Shown here in pieces: positions 1 to 12,500 of a stretch of 64,000 nt of DNA. The translations under genes and the position numbers were made by a program. Source of the DNA: Azolla caroliniana (Eukaryota; Plantae; Polypodiophyta); the NCBI GenBank assembly GCA_043228905.1, contig JBHGNT010000012.1, forward strand, positions 20,956,001-21,020,000. Reading direction: 5' to 3'. The notes beneath the pieces were generated by a model, which searched no databases, was not told where the DNA came from, and saw only the letters and a list, made by a program, of their open reading frames with translations. The first letter of the stretch is position 1, and each line of letters opens with the position of its first letter.

Positions 1-1837
1 CGACGAGGATGCATTTTTCCGATTTTGCATCCAGCTTCCTCCGCTTCTCATCCGGCACATGCACATATGCAATGCTACTGAATATCCTCAGGTGTCTTAA
101 GTTCGGCTTACGCCCGCCAAGACTAACATTCTGTGTCGGTCCCCACACATCCGAATGGATAAGGTCGAGCTTGTTATGGCTCCGGTTTCGTTCGGTGGGG
201 AATGGAAGCCGGTGTTGCTTCCCGAGTTGGCAGGCTTCACATACTTGGGCTCTCCGGCCGCTAAACTTCGGCAAACCAAAAACAACTTGTTTCGTTTGCA
301 GGTCTTGAAGCCTCCGGTAATTGACGTGGCCTATCCGCTTGTGCCACAGGTCGATGTCCGACCCGACCTTCTGTCCTTTTGCAAATAGAGCGGTGCCGAC
401 GTCATTGGTGTCAAGGATAAACATCCTCCCGTCTTTGCGCCCTTGCGCAATAACTTCGCCCTCATCCTCAATGAAGCACCCAAGGTGCGTAAACCGCACC
501 TGCATCCCCTGGTCAACGATCTGTCCGACCGACACCAGGTTCTTCATGATTGTCGGAACGTGTAACACGTTCATCAGCTTCCCCTTCTGTCTGACGTGGC
601 TCAAAGGGACTTCTCCGACATGCACGATTGGGTGAGGAATGTCGTCTCCGGTTTTGACTACTCCTAGTTGATCCGATTTCTCCAACAAAGAGAACCACTC
701 CTTGTGGCTCGTCATGTGGTTTGACACGCCGGAATCAACGTACCACACTTCCCCCGATTTGGATGTGGTCTTCTTCATTGAGTTCGCATTGTGCTTCATC
801 ACCAAGGTTGGCCCCTTACCGTTCTTGGATCCTCTCGATCCGTTTGCGTAGTGCGAGCTTTGCCGGCCATCCTTGCCAGCCTTGCCGGATCCGGATTTGT
901 CCGAATCGGCGCGCTTTCTCCAGCACTCGCTTTCTCTGTGGCCCTTCTTGCCACAGTACCAGCATTCCGTTGCGGATTTGTTTTTCCGGCCTCCAATATC
1001 GCATTGACTTCCCCCTGCTCCCGGAGGGTCCGGAATTGTTGTCGGCACGATCTCTGTGTCATCATTCTTGCTCTTGTCGGCCGCCTCCATTGCGTGCCGA
1101 CCCGCCTCGTCCACCACACCCACGGGACCGATCCGCCTCCGTGTACAGCATCCGGCTATCAGTGGGTGCGTTAGTTGACACACCGGCGTGGTTCTCCTCT
1201 ACAAGGAGCATCAACTGTAAGTCGAAAAATGACGGCATATTCTCCCTTGTACAAACCGCCGTCCGAAAGGCTTTGTACTTAGACGTTAGGCCCCCAAGAC
1301 AGACCTGTACCATCTCGTCTTCCTCTACGGTGATGTTAATAGAGGCAAGCGAGTCACAGATCTCTTTGATCCGGGCCATATAGTCAGCCACCGACAAGTC
1401 CCTCTGTCGGACATTGCTCAACTCTTGTCGGAGTTGCAGCTTTCGGGTTGTAGTGCTTGCGGCGAAAACCTTCTTCAGGTTTCCCCAAGCCTCCTTCGGC
1501 GTCTTGGCGTCTCGGATTTGGCTCAGCAGCTGATCCCCGACACTGGACGCAAAGCCATACATCACTCTGCTTGTCGATTGTTCCCACGCTGGGAAGTCCT
1601 CATGTGTCGTATTAGGTGTTGTTTCGTTCGTTCGTTCCACGAAACTCCAATACCCATGCCCCAGTAGGTACTGATGCATTTTGTACGACCAGGACGCATA
1701 GTTGCTCCGGTCAAGTTTCTCTGTGGGAAGTGAACTTGCCATACCTCTGTCCATAAATGCTTCAGTGTCTGTTCTTGCGACCTGTTGGGTTTTGCTTCTC
1801 AAGGCGAATGTCTGCAGCAGAGGTTCTCAACCCTCGA

Positions 1838-1849
1838 GCTCTGATACCA
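1838..1849 (-). promoter_or_regulatory. Primer binding site (tRNA-iMet)
   Basis: TGGTATCAGAGC on the minus strand directly after the LTR's terminal CA; the canonical plant iMet PBS. Confidence 0.95.
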
Positions 1850-2379
1850 TGTGAACGATTGCTTGCGAAAGCGTTAGAGAAGCAGAGAAAACAGAAAATA
1901 TGTCGAGAGTACGCGGGAGAATCAAAGAGAGTAGAACGTAAAAGTTATATTCAAAATAATAGTAAACACTCTGTACATACTCTGTGCTCAGTAGCACTAT
2001 TTATACAAGTCCTACGCAGACTGATAGAAGTATTGTGTACTTCAATGCTCACACGAGCATCTGACACTAACTCTAAGACTATAACTACCTAGTAATCTAA
2101 CTTATTACTAGGCTTCCGGTTACTGCTGGATCTAGCTAACCGGCTCTTTGCTCACCGACTCTATAGCTTGCCAGCTCGGTTGCTCACCGGCATACCGATC
2201 TGTCTCACTTACTGGCTCAGGCTTTTCAGCCGATCCGGCTCCACTTGAGCTTGTCGCTCAACAGATCCAAAGACCATTTTTTCCCCGATCTTGCGACTAC
2301 TCGAATGGCCAATGTGTTAGCAGACATCCACACATCTGATGCAGAGTATACATGCCACAACCTACCATCATCATCAACA
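1850..2379 (-). repeat. 5' LTR of the copia element (~530 bp)
   Basis: On the minus strand it begins TGTTGA (2379) and ends TTCACA (1850), directly followed by the PBS. LINE RT-like sequence starts abruptly at 2380. The partner LTR is outside the window. Confidence 0.8.
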
Positions 2380-5150
2380 TTAAAATACTTTAAGTGGTTT
2401 ATCTTTATTTTGGTGTTTCCCAAGCATAATCTTCACTTTAGAGCTACTCAACTTAGTATGCATCTTCAAAGGCCCTTAAAAACTTTTGTGCATCTCCTAC
2501 AACATTTATAAAGAACACCCTTCTTGAATGCTTTCCTCTTTCACAAACTTGGCAGTCGTTTGTTCTAATTTGTCAACACAGAAAGAGTTCGTGAGAGTGG
2601 GAATCCTTACTTAACACCAAAAGTGCTATTGAAAAAATCCAAAATTTAATTACCCATCCACAAACAACATACCACCTTCTTATAGATTTGGGAAACACAA
2701 TCATATTTACTTGGTATTCTTCCATAAACCTCCAAAGATGTTAGTGAAGTACCATATCAAAACCTTTCTTAAAGTCTACAAAGATACAATGTAAACCTTT
2801 ACCTCACATTCAATTTTCTTCCATTAATACTTGAAAGGTGACAAGGTGATGAATCGTGTTTTCAAAAGCCCACTTGTTTGTAAGCCCTCTTGTTGTTTTT
2901 TCTAGCTCATGCTCATTATACATCCAAATAGTTTTGCCATAAGTAACACCACCATTATTTACATCTCCATATTTATGTAACGGTTTGTTCCAATTTTACT
3001 CCAATTGTAAGGTGTGCCTTGTTGCAAGGCATGATTAACATATTTCGTATCCATGCATGTATTTCCTTTCCTATCCATTTGAGTATTTCCACCTTTATAT
3101 GTTGGGTATCTCCTACCTTTCAATTTCTTAAGCCCGTTGTCCTATAGATACATATTTAATCGTAAAATAGAGAGCATATGTGAAAGAGAACCATAACACA
3201 TCATCTTTTGGGCTTTTTGGTAATGATATAAGTTCTTATCATAGGCAAGTCTATGGAGTTTGGTCACCATAACTCCCAACACATTTCTTTAGGATTCAAC
3301 ACCTGAATGCGTTTCTCTTTTGTTTGGAGAAAGTGTTGAGTAACTTCCTATATTCCCCTCTTTCTTTTATTAAGTCTTTTCTAGTCATACAAATGTTGTT
3401 GCTAATTTTCCTTCCCTTTGTACATCCAAACTCATAAAGCACTTTCGAACTTCATGGCATTCATTATCAAACCATTTTACTTTGAACTTCAATCATTGGT
3501 GCCTTTGCAAGGTATATGCTTGGCTAAAAAACATTAATTTGTGTGTGAGACAATTACTTTCTTAAAAGCTTCGCCATATTATAACTTTCTCATTTGTAAC
3601 ATATATGCAACCAACATGGAATACATGGGTGCTTGTTTAAGGTCTACTCTCGAATATGGTTGTTTGTTATCTTCAATTACCTTCTCAAACTCAAACCACA
3701 GTAGGTAAACTAGAAGGAGAGTGAGAGGTAACTTTGGGTTTTGTTAATCTACTTCGTATATTGGCATCAACAAACTCGTGGAAGGAAAAGTGGAAGTAGT
3801 CGGATACTTCCTCAATTGTTTTGCCAAGGAAGATCTATCAATCTATCTAATGTTTATGTTGCTCGAATAGGTCACTAAGCTCTTCGAAGGGTTACCATAG
3901 GCAATATACAAAGTGTGAATGGTGAACCTGAGTCATTATTAGAGAATAGAAACTATAGTTTTGTGTAACATTTGCTTGGAGAATCTTCCTCGCATCACTT
4001 AGGCCTTTCAGGCCAAATTATTAGATTCCTCTGCTATCTTGGATCTAATTGAAAGTTTGGATATACATAATAGAAAGTCATGGGTTCACGTCCATTTATG
4101 ACCTTTTTTGCATTGTGAAATTGGTATTATATATAGATATTTTTTATATCGAGTTCTGGTGTCCATTCGCCAAGTGACATGCAAAATACCTTTCGAAAGT
4201 AAGATATTGTCAAATACTTTTTCCATTATCTTTTCTGCATATAAAATCCTTTCGTGCCAAGCCATAAAGATACACCATTTGTAGCAATAATTCTAGTATT
4301 ATTGCACATTTGCGAGTAACTTCTCCTATTTTCATCCATAAAAGAGCAATTGTACATTGGTATATCTTCTTACATCCTTCAGATATGTGTCATGAAATAT
4401 TGATGTGTGTCAAGTTGCAAACTTCTTGTACAGTCATGTACATCACCAGAGACAGTAATGTCCCCATTGTCTTTGAAATAAGAGATATCATCTAATTCTA
4501 GATTGGTACAAGGTTTATCTCTATCCAAACACTTGAAAGTCCAAACCTTGGTGAGGAATGTAGAATTCAACAACAAAAGTGGGTTTCATTTGTGTTTCTA
4601 TGCCATATGTCGCTTTTATGTTCATCAATGTCTTATAATTGACACGTGGGTGTACGTTATAGTTGCTAGAACCTTGAATACAACTTCTTATGCTCCATAC
4701 AAGTTTACACTTGGTATGCCATAATGTATACTGAAGAATTCTCTAATGACCTTTCCAAGGGATATGGTTGTTTATATACTCTCCTCTTCCGTCCCTCTCC
4801 TCTTTAGTTCTTTTATTGTTATTCAAGTTTTTTCAATTTTCGAAATTCTATACGTGCCATACGTACATACGTGCTTTCGTATTCGAAAATGATACATCCT
4901 TCCTTGCTTCATCATATGCAACAATAAATTAATTAGAGACAACACCACACCACATGTATAAGCCCACAACAAAGTTTTTCCATCACTCACATATCACCTC
5001 ATTTGCCCATTTTTTCCTCCTTCAATGCTTCCTTTAGCCCAATCTTGTTTAAATGCTCATTTTTTCTAACCAAGCTAGTTTTTAGTTTCATATCTTTCTC
5101 ATGAGTGCCCTAATCTCTACACAACCTTCCTTGTTTATGGTTTCTTGTAA
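2380..5150 (-). mobile_element. Old, highly degraded LINE (ORF2 endonuclease/RT plus a possible ORF1 remnant), interrupted by the copia insertion
   Basis: Minus-strand fragments FNSTFGVK*GFPLSRTL..CVDKLE (~2570-2635; RT QG motif), LHCIFVDFKK (~2765-2795), QVGF*K (~2860). Many stops and frameshifts; right boundary approximate. Confidence 0.65.
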
Positions 5151-6030
5151 AAAAAACCAAACAATTCATAACCAATATTCATCAGTGACTGTGTTGCATT
5201 GAGATTGAGAATCTTTAATGTTTGTTTGCCCCAAATCAAACCCTACAAGAAGTATAGTTCATGAAATTTGTAGGGCTTTAATTGATCGTGGATCCAAACT
5301 TTTTAGATCATTATGTAGTATTTCCTATAAACACATTCAAGAGTTTTTCCTAAAATAAACTTAATATTCATATTTACAAACTTACCACAGCTCCTCCCAA
5401 AATCAAACAATGGAACAAATGATGACTACAACAATTGATCAAAGATTTTTGCTATAGGCTACTAAGAAACCTTAATTTTCCATTGTATCATAAAAGCAAT
5501 TGTGTCAAATGTTACTATAAGCACAAATTCACAATAATCTTGGATTAGTATGCTCATTGAGAAAGAAAGTTTGGTCTTCACAAAGTTAGTTCCTTCTTAC
5601 TATTAAGGATATTGAAGCTTTCCCTACAAAGTATGCACAAATCTAGTTCATTTTTTACGAAGGAGAAAAAGAACATATTACTTATGTAATTCAAGAATCT
5701 CTTCAAATAATGGATTAGTACATCTCTCATTTGCATTTGCCTTGTGAAGGGTAAGATTTCCATTAGGAGACATGTCAAGATTAAATATCCGAACATTAAT
5801 TAGAAACATTGTTAACAAAGAAGGTTTGATCTTCGTAAAGCTAGTCGAGATTAAATATGCAAAAATTTATGAGAAACATTTAACTTGCTCTTTGGCCCAA
5901 CACTAAATCTTCCCTTCTCATTTCTCAGGCTCCTTAGACAACCCAACCAATCACTTAATCACCTCAGTAAATAAATTTAGATGTTCTCAAAAGAAATTGC
6001 CAGTGCTACGTTCCATGGAGATCAATTCAT

Positions 6031-6160
6031 CAACTATCATCCACATTCTGGAAGATCCCCTATCATCCACATTCTCGAAGATCCACTAACATCCACATTC
6101 TTGAACATCCACTATCATCAACATTCTTGAAGATCAACTATCATCCACATTCTTGTAAAT
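6031..6160. repeat. Minisatellite, 5 x 26 bp (CCACTATCATCCACATTCTTGAAGAT)
   Basis: Units start at 6031, 6057, 6083, 6109 and 6135 with 2-3 mismatches each. Confidence 0.95.
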
Positions 6161-6518
6161 CAAACAAAAGAAGCTCATTGAGAGAAGACACAATTTTCTC
6201 TTAAAGTTCACCTATTGTACGCATCCTATTTTGTTTCAAACATCTGAAAATATTAATTATAATGGAGTAAATCTCAAATCAAACTTTGTTCAAATTCTTT
6301 ATTTAACTTCATTAAAACCTTCCCATAATTTAGAGGCATGGATACTTTTCAATTTCAAAATTCAGGTTTATTTCCAATAATGCATGTGATAAATACACAC
6401 AAGCAAGTTTATTTTTTTAATAATGCAAGTGTCAAACAAGCTAAAACTCTTGACTACTTTCCAAAATAACTCGAATGACAAATACACTAAACTCGGGTTT
6501 TATCATTTAGGTGTAATA

Positions 6519-9500
6519 TCAGCAAGAGCAGCCTTTGTCAGTATAACTTGAAGTATTATCACCATGTGCTGCCTTATAACTGGCTGCCCATACATCACGA
6601 GGTGCACCACTCTGTGGATGGGTTAGTGTAGAGTGAGGCACATGTAATGGATGTTTCTCCTTCTTGTCACCTTTGATTTGTTTCAAGGCATGTGGTAGAG
6701 ATGGCATCAACGCTTCCAAACATTCTGCTACTGCATTTGGGTTCCCAGGCATGTTAATGATCTGTTTTTTAACAAAATAAACTTGGTTTCAATTAGTGCA
6801 TTCAACTTAGCCTTGTAATTGGATTTTCCAACTCTTGATTTTGTAACCAGGTAAGGGTTGTTCAGAAACATAAAATGACCAAAAAGATAATTAGCCTTCA
6901 TCTAGATTTGTTGAATTTTTTAATTAAATATCTCAAAAAATTCAAAGGATTTATTCTAAATGAGGTTGAGGGGTACAGTAACTATATCTCAATATATCTA
7001 ATCAGAGTCTAAACGATTATACCAAGCTGCAGCCAAGTGTGTGCACACGTTTATGGTTATACGACCAAATCAGTCACATGCTACTGCTTATCTACTTTAT
7101 TCCAATTTCTCGCCAACTTATATCAAGCTTTTGTTGTTAAAACTTTCCTCTTACCAAAGTAGATGAACGAATTCCTGCAACAGCACGTGATAATACAGCA
7201 GTTGGTGTCACCTGGAACCGAGGAAATTGGAAAATCAGTAGGTGCTACAGTACTGAGAAATATCCAGGTTATAGTGTGTTGTGTATGCATCATCAGATGT
7301 TGAGGATAAAACTTCCCTCATTCACTAAAAAGGCTGTTTTTTGGGGGGGGGCTTGCCAGTTGGAAATTCCTCATACAAATTTGTGGTAAATCCTCATTAT
7401 TTACTATCATGTTATGCATGAAATAGAAAACTTGTAAAGCAATACATCCTAGCACTTCTTGGATCAAAAGCAAACTCTGTCAATTTAGAAAGAAAGCTTT
7501 TCTAAGTTCCTCGTAAGATTAATGACATTATACACCACCTTCAGACTCTCTAACAACATGACTTGTACAAGACTAGGTGCCTCTTTATGTAATAAAGGTC
7601 TCGTTGCCTCAGGAGTGATATCACGTTCTGTAAATCCTGTTCCACCTGTAGTCAGGTTATACAATGAATCATGATCTGTCCCATTTGCTTATTCATATAC
7701 ACAACTATCAACTTTTCTCATGAATTTCACTCAAGAATTTATAAGCATATTAAGAAACCTGATGTGATTATAAGATTGACTTTGTCTTCATCACTCCATT
7801 TCTTTAGAATTTGCTGAATCTCAGAAACATCATCATGTACAACAGCTGTTGCAATTACCATTGCCCCACCAAGCTTATCTGAATTGTTTTTAATAACCTC
7901 TATTGCCCTTGGTCCACTATAGGAAAAATATGAGTTTAATTAACGAATAACGCATCCTCTTTAACAAAAATTCTGAACATAAAGAAATATTTCCAAATAA
8001 TGGATCATGTTGGTTGGTTAAAGGCACCGGTAGATATTGTTATATGGTATCAAGCTATGTTAACCTGGCTCTGAAAATCTCTTACAGCTATTGGTTGAAA
8101 ATGCTTACATCCATCATTGGCCACTTCTTTTCAAGTTAATGAAAAAATCTGAGAAACCACCTTTAAAAAGCAAACTATTAACTTAATTCCTGACTGAATT
8201 TCAGTTTGTCAAAAGTTTACCTGCGGTCTACACCATGCCCAGATGCAACAGTGTCACTCACTGTTAAAATTGCAACCGTCATCCTGGGTTGAGCATCTAT
8301 AATATCATCTGTTACTTGTTTTTCTATACCATGACTCGAACTCTTTGTTGTCTCCGGAGGTAGATATGTCTCTGAAGGCAAGTTAATAAAATCTGCAATC
8401 AGGAGCGCAGGTACTACTTCACCAGAAGCAACAAAACCATCTCCTTTTGGAAGTTCCAATAATGCATTTGCCGATCTCATGTTGAGCAATCGACTGCTCG
8501 CTTGTTTACCAGTACTCCGGGCAATAAAACTGTGATTAGGATAATAATAAAAAATGGCAGTTGAGTTTATGAGTGCTTATCAATCAAATGAAATGCATTC
8601 GTATTTTGATTTACCTAGGACCACCATGTTTAATATCACCATTCCAATGGACTGTTGCACAGTGATATTCTGGACTAGTCGTGTTCAACTTAATTGATCC
8701 TTCTACTCTAGCATGAATCCTGCAAATGTAACATACTTGCTTGCTCGCGAAATTTCCTTGATTCTTATAGATTTAGCATTTCAGAATCATTTTACTTGTC
8801 CTTAAAAGATTTCTTTCAGATAATACACCCTTATTTGAATCAAATTTCCAGATATATTCAACATTTCACCTGTTATGTAAAACATAAGCTTCAATGTGTT
8901 GAAGGACTGATTGGAACTGATATAAGTATCTTCAAGAATCGAAATGCTTTTATGAGGGTATTATTTCAGCACAAATATGTCATTACAAGAGTTCCAAACT
9001 TGGAAGCATATCTTCATAGAGTCACATCATCAACCTGGCCCTCCTATTGTCTACGTACCTACCCCATGCTATCCTTACCTCTCACACTATGGCGAATCTA
9101 CACAGTAAATGAGAAAACAGTTAAGGATAAATGCCCGTGCCGTTGGAGACAAACCTTGATTACTGATATGGGTGAATTCATGTTGTCCACAATGAAACAA
9201 AAGTAAAAGCTCTACATTTCCTAGACATCCATGACCATGATCTTAATGCAGAGTGGAATGATTTTGGAGTTTATTTACAAGCATAAAATAAATGAACTAA
9301 TTATGTATGTGTTCACTGATTGTGAGGGGACATAATATCCAAGGTTGGTTGGTGCATCGGATTGGGGCTACAATGAAGTTCACCGGGTGCATTAAGGTGT
9401 CCTTGTGCAGATAGGACATGGCAAGCAATGATCTTCACAATCTGGTGATGGTATGGCCCAGGTGCTTTATATCCCAGTACTCCCAGTCTTCATTGTCATA

Positions 9501-12500
9501 AGCAATCCTCTGACGAAGCTAAGCTGACAATTTGGCCCATTTTCAGTGGAGGTCTGGGTATTGGACAAAGTTTAGTAATGTGCTTTGTCATGTGCTAACA
9601 GAAGAGTTGATTCCCTATCCTTTTGAAGCTCAACCAAGCTTTGGCCAAGTGTTGTAGACCAGCCTTCTCTATCGTTTGTCAAATGGTGGCAAGTCCACAG
9701 AGAGGTGGCATACTTCTCTCCAATTTGCTCGTAAGCTAGGCACCTGCCTCAAATTATTACTTTCTCTCGACATCTTCAAAATAATTTGCAGAACCTTTCA
9801 GCTCTAGGTATGTGAAATGTTCATGCTACTTCAATCTCTATCAGGTGGGAGGAAACTCGGTCCATTTCTAGTTGGCTCTCGTATTTGGCCTTAGTAACTA
9901 TGTCCTTAGACATGAGGACCATGGAAATATTTGCACACAATCGAAGATATTTACATATGCATCGCTTTACCATCAATATTTAGAAAGGAAAGACCAGTAT
10001 ATTTCTGCATTGTGTGCTAAGATGTTCAGAGCCTAGCAACTCATTAATGCTTCATAGTTTCCGTTTAATGCATAAGACAAGGGAAATGTGAAGAAAGTTA
10101 TGTTAAAGTACGAATACACAAAAACAGGTTGGGTATGCTGCAGAAGATGTTCAGAGCCTAGCAACTCATTAATGCTTCATAGTTTCCGTTTAATGCATAA
10201 GACAAGGGAAATGTGAAGAAAGTTATGTTAAAGTACGAATACACAAAAACAGGTTGGGTATGCTGCAGAAGAGGATAGAAACAGAATGGGAACCTATACA
10301 AAGTATGAGTAAGAAAAGCAAAAAATATGATATTGCAAGTACTAACAGGTTATACGAACAGCATAAATTTAACTTCTAAACTCTGATTTTAAAGAATTAA
10401 CATGCCTAGTAAACTTACCTCGGCAGGGCGGGGTTCGTCCATCCACATAGTGCACGGATTGCTGGTACTACAATAACATTGAAAGTAACAACACAACTGA
10501 CAGGGTTCCCAGGTAGACCAAAAACTAGCAATTGCTGATCAGTAGATGAACCCCCCGATTGATGGGTAATTGTTGCAAAAGTTACAGGTTTCCCTGGCTT
10601 CATCAGAACCTATAGAAGCTGCTAATGAGTTTTTAACAATTTTCTTACATTTGTTTTATATACAAATTGGGCTTACAGGTCCACAATTTTGGCAATTTAT
10701 CAAAACTACAAACAATAATAACAACTTCTTCTGTGAGGCCAAAAACTCACTTCAATGAGTCCACAAAACTTTGATGAAGACAACTTCAATGATTCATTGA
10801 AACAAAAAACTCGCATTGACAAGCAAACTTTGATAACTTGTCAATGCTAAAAAAACTTACTTTGGCTTGTTGAAACTAAAAAATCATTTAGGCAAGTTCT
10901 CACAACTTCAGCAAACCCCCACTACAATGATTCGTTGAAAGTAAACTTTAAACTAGTCGAGTCACTTCAACAAGGTAAATTCAACTTTAAACTTGTCGTA
11001 GAATAAAGAAGATATTTTTTATTTCAAATAGAAGGAAGGGGTATGTTTAACAAAACTATAAACAAAGTGTAGGCATATGCATAGCCATTATGGCACAGGT
11101 ATATACATAGCTAGAGACTTCATATATCTCTCCCAACCAATTCTAAATTTGCATACAAGAAATATCTAAACCCTTCTCCTTTCTTTTTTGGTAGTTTTGC
11201 TCTTTCAAATATTCATTTTTGCAAATACATGCAATATACAGCTAAGGTGAATCTGACATACAATAAAGTTAATGCGCGGTTGATTCCAACCTCATCTGTC
11301 TGCATTGTTTAATCACAACATTCAAGAGTATGTGAGGCAAAATGTAATAGATAATAAATTCTTAGGCTACTCATTTCCGTGTTCAACCACCCTCTTAGGA
11401 TGATGTTGATCATCAAGCCCACCAACAGAACAAAAACAGTCCAACATACAAGGGATCCTGGTTGAGGATTGCTCCCACATAGTCTACCTAATTGGCTCAA
11501 GTTCAAAGACTAAACACATTCCTTCATTAGACTTCACACTGGTAACGCCTAGATGAAGAGACTTTGATACTAATATACGAATTTTAGACAAACAAAGATA
11601 TGATCTCCTAAGAAAGAAAGAAAAAAAACTATATTAACGTCTTCTTAAGAGGTCATAATGGCCTACATGACCAAACCAGAGATTACATCATAAAATGGAG
11701 AGATAAATGAAATTTTGTTTTCGAAATATCTCAAGCATAGATCGATCCAACATGGAGAGATCCTTCAAAGCACAGGAAGCACCTGCGATGGCAAGAGATA
11801 ATGCATTTTATCTATCGTTGACAAGGGTGGTTCGCAGGGTCTACATACAACAACAAATTGCTATTGCACGATATATTGTAGCCTCTTTGCAATGTCACTA
11901 ATCACTCACATACTCCAACAAAGCGTATGTGCCCCAATCCCCCACACTAAACACACTAATTAAATGATTAAATAGTTTTCAGACATATATTAAACCCTTC
12001 ATTAAACATGTTTTACTAAGGTGTTGAGAGTTAATGTGAGAGGATGGTTCATAAAGTGATGCTAGATCAGCCCGTCGATACACCCTTCCTCACCCATCCA
12101 CCCAACATTAGGGTGTTACACACCATCCAATTTGGCGAGATAAACTTCCATTGTAGGTTTAGTTAAGGTCACAATAAACTAAACATGAATACATGACTGT
12201 CATTCTCAAAGTTGCTTTATGTGATACATCACTGAAGTTTTATGTTATGTTAGAATATGTATTATGACTTCATTTAGCTGCATCAAATACTCACCTTTTA
12301 CAATGTTTATTTGTGCCGAAGTTTGCACCACTAAACACCTATTTGTAATAATGTTTGTACCATTAAACAGTGTCTTCAATCTAAATTAATGAAAACTTAG
12401 AACAGAGTACCTAGGTTTCTGTAACACCAAAGTGGATCTTATCCTAAGGCACAATTATATGCTTTAGATAAATGGATCATTTCAAAATATCTTAAACAAA

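Larger units (their letters stand above)
1..2379 (-). mobile_element. Ty1/copia LTR retrotransposon, 5' part (LTR, PBS, gag, protease, truncated integrase), degenerate; continues beyond the left edge
   Basis: Minus-strand translation gives a Gag/UBN2-like ORF (1062-1802; KLDRSNYASW...), zinc knuckle CWYCGKKGHRESEC (~920-965), protease WYVDSGVSNHMT (~710-745), integrase HHCC (WHKRIGH...CEACQLGKQ), LDLIHSDVWGP, then HLRIFSSIAYVHVPDEKRRKLDAK. PR-INT order is copia-type. TGA TGA at ~1059-1064 and a frameshift near 1010 disrupt it. Confidence 0.95.

Noticed and set aside
721-1383. 220-aa plus-strand ORF and other ORFs in 1-1800
   Set aside because: Antisense or alternative-frame shadows of the GC-rich copia gag-pol.
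6031-6160. CRISPR-like array
   Set aside because: Units are contiguous with no unique spacers, there are no cas genes, and the context is eukaryotic.
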